From contig JABCPJ020000004.1 in the NCBI GenBank assembly GCA_013333135.2, positions 11,485 through 75,484 on the forward strand: a stretch of DNA of 64,000 nt, read 5' to 3'. The stretch's first letter is position 1. Each line of letters begins with the position of its first letter. The notes beneath the pieces are model-generated. The model did not search any database and was not told the DNA's origin. It worked only from the letters and a program-made list of their open reading frames with translations. Below are positions 58,707-64,000 of this stretch, one piece after another. Both the position numbers and the translations under genes were made by a program. Source of the stretch: Candidatus Saccharimonadota bacterium (lineage in GTDB: Bacteria > Patescibacteriota > Saccharimonadia > Saccharimonadales > Saccharimonadaceae).

Positions 58707-59069
58707 ATGAGAAGAAGATTTTCGTTTTTTCTTGCACTTTTAATTTTTGTATTCACAGTGGCATTCACAGCATCCGCGAATGAAAATGTAACTGTATATA
58801 CGTATTATACAGACACGGTAAATATGGGTCGCCACAATGGAAGAGAAATCACCATTGCTATGTACAATAATAGCTGGGGAGTAACCAATGATGTTAGGAT
58901 GCTCGATCGGAATGGTAATGTTGTATAGGAAGAAATGTCTGCGATAGGAGCAGATGGCGTTAGAACGTTCTGGTGTGGACCTGATGTAAGAAAGATACAG
59001 GTTAAAGTACGTAGAACTTCAATATTTGCCTATTTCGTATCACGATGCTCATGTAACGTGTACAGTTAA
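58707..59069 (+). pseudogene. Secreted small protein interrupted by an in-frame TAG
   Basis: SD AAAGGGGG; signal peptide; frame stays open for 46 codons after TAG 58926-58928. Confidence 0.7.
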
Positions 59070-59120
59070 TTACATTAAACAACTCAAAAACAAGCAACCA
59101 TAGCATTCATTGCTCGACTA

Positions 59121-60572
59121 TCAATGTCGAGCTTTTTTATTTTCCGTTTTAATTTCTTTCGGCACCACAATCTGGCTACGCAGATACTTCTGAAAATTCG
59201 TGTAATTATATAGCGACCCCTCCGAATAAGTTGAACCACCCGCTGGAATTACCACACTTGATAAGCCAATTCTTCCCGTACCAAATTGATCAACCGTCGA
59301 AATCGGTTGAATTCCCCCTTTTAGTTTTGTGCCAAAATCAATCAAAGTTCTTACTTCTGACATCACAATATTAGTTCGCAGATTATCCCCCAGACCGTCA
59401 ATAATACTCATTACTTGACCCGGATTCATCAAGATTCCGATACTACTCACCTTATTTTTAATCGCATTCATAATTCTCTGCTGATTAATCTCGCGGTCAA
59501 AATTACTCCTCGAAAGACCATAATCCCCTGGCGCACAGGCTGCATTGCGGGCTCTCGCCAATTTTATCGCGAGATCACCGTTCATGTTGTAATACATGCC
59601 TTTTTTCAAATCAATGTTTTGGCAGGAATCATGGATTCCATCTTCGTCGTCCGCATAAACATCCACATCGATTCCCCCAATTTTATCCACAATCATTTTT
59701 ACCGCACTCCAGTCCGCCGCCACATAGTAATGCATCGAAAAACCCGTCACCTCAGAGATTTTTTTCGCAAAATATAGTGATGCCGCATCCTTCGCATTAC
59801 TTACACTCATCGAATTCTTATATTCTTCTAATGCGCAAAGATAGGTCGCATTAATCTTTCCCCTGTCTCCCACTGTGCAGCTCATTGGTTCACTGCCAGG
59901 CACCGAATAATTCACCCATAAATCTCGTGGTACACTAAAAACTTTTGCCGTTTTATATTCCTGATTAATCGAAGCCACCAAAATCGAATCAGTTAATTCT
60001 TGACCACCATGACCCTTCGCATCTTCCGAAGTACCAAAAATCAAAAAATTCGTCTGTCCATTTTCATCCTTCTTTAATTCTGAACTAATCAGAATATCCA
60101 TCGGATTTCCCTTAAATACCGCCGTGGAATGTGAAAGTAACATATAAACCAAAGTGATTGCCGCAATAATCAAAACTAAAATTACCGACAAGGCAATCAT
60201 CACAATTTTTGCCCAAAGCGGTACTTTATTTTTGTCTGATTTTTTCGTCTTTTGCTTTTTCGATTTATCAGGAATTTCCGCTTCCGCTTTTTCTGATTCT
60301 GCTTCCACTTTTCCGGAAGTCGCTTCTGCTTTATTAAATTTCGATTCTACATTTTCTGAAACCGTTTCCGCTTTTTTCAATTCCGCTTTTGCTATTTTTT
60401 CAGTTTCCTTTTTTGATGTCTCATTTAATTCAACTTCATTCAAAACCGCTTCTGCTTTTTCTACCGAATTTTTAACCTCAGAAAAATCCTTCACAGCAAT
60501 TTGTTTCTTACTGTGATTATGATTTTTCTTTTGATTTACCCCACTTTTCTTCGACTTTTTTTTCTTTGCCAT
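59121..60572 (-). CDS. LytR-CpsA-Psr (LCP) family protein
   Basis: TDSI; SVPRD; KINA; VDKIGGIDV; ARAR; FDR..NQQ. Confidence 0.92.
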   Translation of the reverse strand: MAKKKKSKKSGVNQKKNHNHSKKQIAVKDFSEVKNSVEKAEAVLNEVELNETSKKETEKIAKAELKKAETVSENVESKFNKAEATSGKVEAESEKAEAEIPDKSKKQKTKKSDKNKVPLWAKIVMIALSVILVLIIAAITLVYMLLSHSTAVFKGNPMDILISSELKKDENGQTNFLIFGTSEDAKGHGGQELTDSILVASINQEYKTAKVFSVPRDLWVNYSVPGSEPMSCTVGDRGKINATYLCALEEYKNSMSVSNAKDAASLYFAKKISEVTGFSMHYYVAADWSAVKMIVDKIGGIDVDVYADDEDGIHDSCQNIDLKKGMYYNMNGDLAIKLARARNAACAPGDYGLSRSNFDREINQQRIMNAIKNKVSSIGILMNPGQVMSIIDGLGDNLRTNIVMSEVRTLIDFGTKLKGGIQPISTVDQFGTGRIGLSSVVIPAGGSTYSEGSLYNYTNFQKYLRSQIVVPKEIKTENKKARH

Positions 60573-60635
60573 AAAAACCCGATAAATTTCTACATAATCA
60601 TAACATATTTTTCTTTTTAGTTTATAATAAGACTA

Positions 60636-61946
60636 ATGGCACAAGAGGTAAATAATCAACAAACATCCCCAAACAACTTGATTGAACTTCATGATATTAA
60701 TCGTGTTTTCGGCATCGGCGAAGCGGAATCTTACGCTTTGCAAAATTTTTATTTGCAGGTCAAACCTGGCGAATTTATCATGATTATGGGTCCATCCGGT
60801 TGTGGTAAAACCACGTTACTTAATATTCTCAGTTTTCTCGATCACCCCACCTCTGGTCAATATTTCTTAAACCAAACTCCGACCTCTCATTTTAGCAGTC
60901 GTCGTCTCGCCAAACTTCGTTCCCAAAAAATTGGTATTATTTTCCAGGAATATAACCTCATTCCTACCCTCACGGTTCTTGAGAACGTCGCTCTTCCTCT
61001 TATTTACTCCGGCGTCAGTCATACCAAAGCCATCATTAAGGCTTCCGAAACTCTGAAAAATTTCGATCTCCAAACTAAAGAATATTATTACCCGTACCAA
61101 CTCTCCGGTGGTCAAAAGCAACGCGTCGCCATTGCTCGCGCCCTGGTCGCCAATCCGGAAATTATTCTCGCCGATGAGCCGACCGGCAGTCTCGATACGA
61201 AGAGCTCCGAAGCTGTTATGCAGGAACTTCACCGTGTCCACCAAGCCGGTAATACTATTATTATGGTGACTCACAACCCAGCCCTTACCAAGTACGCCAC
61301 TCGTGTCCTTCATATGATTGATGGCTCGATTGACCGTGACTTCAAATTCGTCGCCGACCATAATCTCCCAGAACGTATCGATATTCATTTCAATCCTAAA
61401 ACTGCTAAATCCGAAACCACACCAGTTTCTTCTTGCTCTGAAGAAATTCCTGTTACTAATAAATCCGAAATTCCACGTATTATTAAATCGGAAACTCCAC
61501 GCATTGTTAAACCAGAAACTCCACGTATCACATCAGAATCAAAACCTACTTCAATGCGTCCGAAAATTACTCGCGCCCCTGAACCATCCGCCAATCCTTT
61601 TGAGCCAAAATTTATTCCAAATACTCCAGAAAAACCTACTGAAAAATCCGTCGAGAAACCTCTTTCCTACAATCTAGGCACGGTTTCCGAACTCCCAACT
61701 TCCTCCAAAAAACCGGTTTCTACCCCTGTCAAGGAATATTTCCCACCAGTAAAATCCAAGACCGAAGAAACTAAACCAGAAACTCCTAAAAAAGAAACCG
61801 AGGAAGTCGAACCAGTCTCTCAAATCGCCACCATTACTCCAATCAAGCGTAATAAATCTAATTCCACCCTCAAATTTAATCTTAATTTTAACAAAAAATC
61901 TAAGTCTCACACTAAAAAATCCACAAAAAAGAAAGGTCACAAATAA
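60636..61946 (+). CDS. MacB/LolD-type ABC ATPase with ~200-aa low-complexity tail
   Basis: [28 protein letters not shown]-rich C-terminus. Confidence 0.9.
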   Translation: MAQEVNNQQTSPNNLIELHDINRVFGIGEAESYALQNFYLQVKPGEFIMIMGPSGCGKTTLLNILSFLDHPTSGQYFLNQTPTSHFSSRRLAKLRSQKIGIIFQEYNLIPTLTVLENVALPLIYSGVSHTKAIIKASETLKNFDLQTKEYYYPYQLSGGQKQRVAIARALVANPEIILADEPTGSLDTKSSEAVMQELHRVHQAGNTIIMVTHNPALTKYATRVLHMIDGSIDRDFKFVADHNLPERIDIHFNPKTAKSETTPVSSCSEEIPVTNKSEIPRIIKSETPRIVKPETPRITSESKPTSMRPKITRAPEPSANPFEPKFIPNTPEKPTEKSVEKPLSYNLGTVSELPTSSKKPVSTPVKEYFPPVKSKTEETKPETPKKETEEVEPVSQIATITPIKRNKSNSTLKFNLNFNKKSKSHTKKSTKKKGHK

Positions 61947-63151
61947 TGTCATTGTTGCTTCGCACGAATTACGCCATCGCCCGCTCTTCTTTGAAGCGCC
62001 AAAAATTGCGTACCTTTCTCACCTCTATTGGTATTGCTATCGGTATCGCCAGCATCGTCTATACTTTTGGCATTATCGGCAGCTTCAAAAATCTTGTTAA
62101 GGCCGAGACTAACGACGCCCTCCTCGTGCTCCAACAAAAATCCGATGAAGCCACCGATATTTCCTCCATCCTCACTGCCAAACCCCTCATCTCTTCCCCT
62201 TTTAATAAAGAAACTGTTGAACTTGTCCAAAAATCTATCAATACCACTGCCGCTATCTCACCTTTTGCCCCTATCACCTGTAATCTTTCCGGTGATAATC
62301 TTGTCGCCAATGGCAATATCATTGGCCTCTACGAATCTGCTCTCAAAACCCTCGGCCTTAAAGTTAAAACTGGCTCTTTCCAGAGTGATGCCAGCCTCAA
62401 AACTATCGTCCTGGGTCACAATCTCTCCCTTCAACTTTTTGGCACCGCCGAAAGTATCGGTAAAACCGTCAACATTAAGGGCGAACGCTACATTGTCACT
62501 GGTGTTCTTGAAAATCAAGACAATCCGCGTAATTTTACTCGCTTTAATTTCAACCAAGTCGGCCTAGTGAATTTTGATCAACTAGCTACTTTGAATCCTA
62601 TTATCGAAAAAGTGCTTATTCAATTACCAGATCATAACACTATGCTTTCTGTCAAAGATTCTCTAAATAAAAAACTTTCCGAAAATCCTAACCTCGCCGG
62701 CGCCTTTCAACTCGCATCCGAAGAACAAATTTCACATCCCGCTTCTTCCAATATTAAACTTATCACCGTCTTACTTTCTATTATCGCAATTATCTCTATT
62801 ATTGTCGGCTCGATTAGTATTACCAGTATTATGATCGCCACGGTCACCGAACGCACCCACGAAATTGGCGTCCGAAAAGCCATCGGTGCCACTCACTTTA
62901 ATATTTTCCTACAATTTATTTTCGAATCCATCCTGCTCAATATCTCTGGCGCCGTACTCGGTTTTATTATCGGTTATGCCGCACTTCTCGTCACCGCCTT
63001 TCTCACTGAATTCAAAATTTACTTCTCACCAGAAATTCCTGCCATCGCTCTCGGTGTCACCATTTTCACCGGCTTTATTTCTGGTACTATTCCGTCACTC
63101 AAAGCCGCCGGTAAGAATCCTATCGATTCCATCAAACAGCCAAATCGCTAA
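61946..63151 (+). CDS. MacB/FtsX-type ABC permease
   Basis: RTFLT..GIAIG; VTERTHEIGVRKAIGA; KAA..NPI. Confidence 0.9.
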   Translation: MSLLLRTNYAIARSSLKRQKLRTFLTSIGIAIGIASIVYTFGIIGSFKNLVKAETNDALLVLQQKSDEATDISSILTAKPLISSPFNKETVELVQKSINTTAAISPFAPITCNLSGDNLVANGNIIGLYESALKTLGLKVKTGSFQSDASLKTIVLGHNLSLQLFGTAESIGKTVNIKGERYIVTGVLENQDNPRNFTRFNFNQVGLVNFDQLATLNPIIEKVLIQLPDHNTMLSVKDSLNKKLSENPNLAGAFQLASEEQISHPASSNIKLITVLLSIIAIISIIVGSISITSIMIATVTERTHEIGVRKAIGATHFNIFLQFIFESILLNISGAVLGFIIGYAALLVTAFLTEFKIYFSPEIPAIALGVTIFTGFISGTIPSLKAAGKNPIDSIKQPNR

Positions 63152-63248
63152 TATTACATCATTTAGCTCATGCTCGCTTCATCTAGTTCATTCTTTCATT
63201 CGACTCCCGCTCTAGGCCATTTTTCTCTGTTCGTGATATAATTTACTC

Positions 63249-64000
63249 ATGAAAATTTTGGGTATCGAAACTTCTTGTGACGAAACTGCCGCTGCCATTG
63301 TTGAAAATGGTGATCAAATTTTGAGCAATGTTGTAGTTTCTCAAATCAATATCTTCGCAAATTACGGTGGTGTGATTCCTGAAATTGCCGCCCGCTCCCA
63401 TCTCGAAGCCATCCAGCCGGTCATCCACCAGGCTTTCACTGAAGCCGGTCTAAAACCGAACGACTGGTCACAAATTGACGCCATTGCCGTCACCCACACT
63501 CCGGGCCTACTTGGCTCACTTCTCATTGGCACACTTTCCGCTCGCACTATTAGCATTTTGCATCATATTCCATTTTATCCAGTGCATCATCTTAAATCTC
63601 ATATTTATGCCAACTGGCTCACCGAAAAACCCGAATTTCCTCTCCTTGCCCTCGTCATTTCCGGTGGTCATACTCAAATCATCCGCATGTCCTCTCATAA
63701 TCATTTTGAAATTATCGCCTCTACCCGTGATGATGCGGTCGGCGAATGCTTCGATAAAATCGCCAAGATTCTTGGTCTTCCCTATCCGGGTGGCCCAGCC
63801 ATTTCCCATCTCGCTAAATCCGGTGACTCTCATCGTTTCACTTTTCCTCATCCACTCGCCAATTCTCTCGATTTTTCTTTCTCCGGTCTCAAAACCGCCT
63901 TCCTTCGCACCGTCCAAAATCTAGTCAACGTCCCGATTTCCTATCCTTCCTCCAAGCTCGCCGACCTACTCGACGATACCACCAAGGCCGATCTCGCCGC
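63249..64000 (+). CDS. tsaD: tRNA threonylcarbamoyltransferase TsaD (runs off the window)
   Basis: MKILGIETSCDETA; YGGVIPEIAARSH; SGGHT; DDAVGECFDK; FSFSGLKT. Confidence 0.96.
   Translation, partial: MKILGIETSCDETAAAIVENGDQILSNVVVSQINIFANYGGVIPEIAARSHLEAIQPVIHQAFTEAGLKPNDWSQIDAIAVTHTPGLLGSLLIGTLSARTISILHHIPFYPVHHLKSHIYANWLTEKPEFPLLALVISGGHTQIIRMSSHNHFEIIASTRDDAVGECFDKIAKILGLPYPGGPAISHLAKSGDSHRFTFPHPLANSLDFSFSGLKTAFLRTVQNLVNVPISYPSSKLADLLDDTTKADLA

Overview
Bacterial chromosomal window, most likely from a small-genome Candidate Phyla Radiation organism (Saccharibacteria/TM7-like). This is inferred from gene content: compact miaA/thrS/polA, CPR-type GT2, BspA/DUF285 surface proteins, a Nudix-RNase H fusion and a VirB2-like pilin. 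Most genes lie on the minus strand, and the plus strand is C-rich throughout, consistent with one replichore. Housekeeping content: tmRNA, RNase P RNA, 6 tRNAs, infC-rpmI-rplT-rpmB, thrS, argS, pyrG, polA, dnaG, rpoD, orn, mscL, trxB, partial tsaD, comM, a type IV pilus operon, znuABC and a MacB-type ABC pair. Accessory content: a streptococcal-type vex123-vncRS locus, two BspA proteins, a solo KwaB-like gene and a few AT-rich foreign genes. Main unexplained signals: (1) an array of tRNA-minihelix-like repeats after tRNA-Gly facing an RNase Z-family gene, with a related repeat after tRNA-Ser; (2) a compact 6S-like RNA and a second orphan sRNA, each with its own promoter and terminator; (3) the same Cys-clamped EF-hand loop in two adjacent pilus proteins; (4) pervasive leaderless promoter architecture; (5) a G9 tract in a BspA gene suggesting phase variation; (6) triplicated mscL 3' ends differing only at synonymous sites; (7) a polarised ACAGGGGTR motif; (8) an alphaproteobacterial-type T-loop in a one-piece tmRNA. 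All family calls come from motif recognition by eye; no database search was run.
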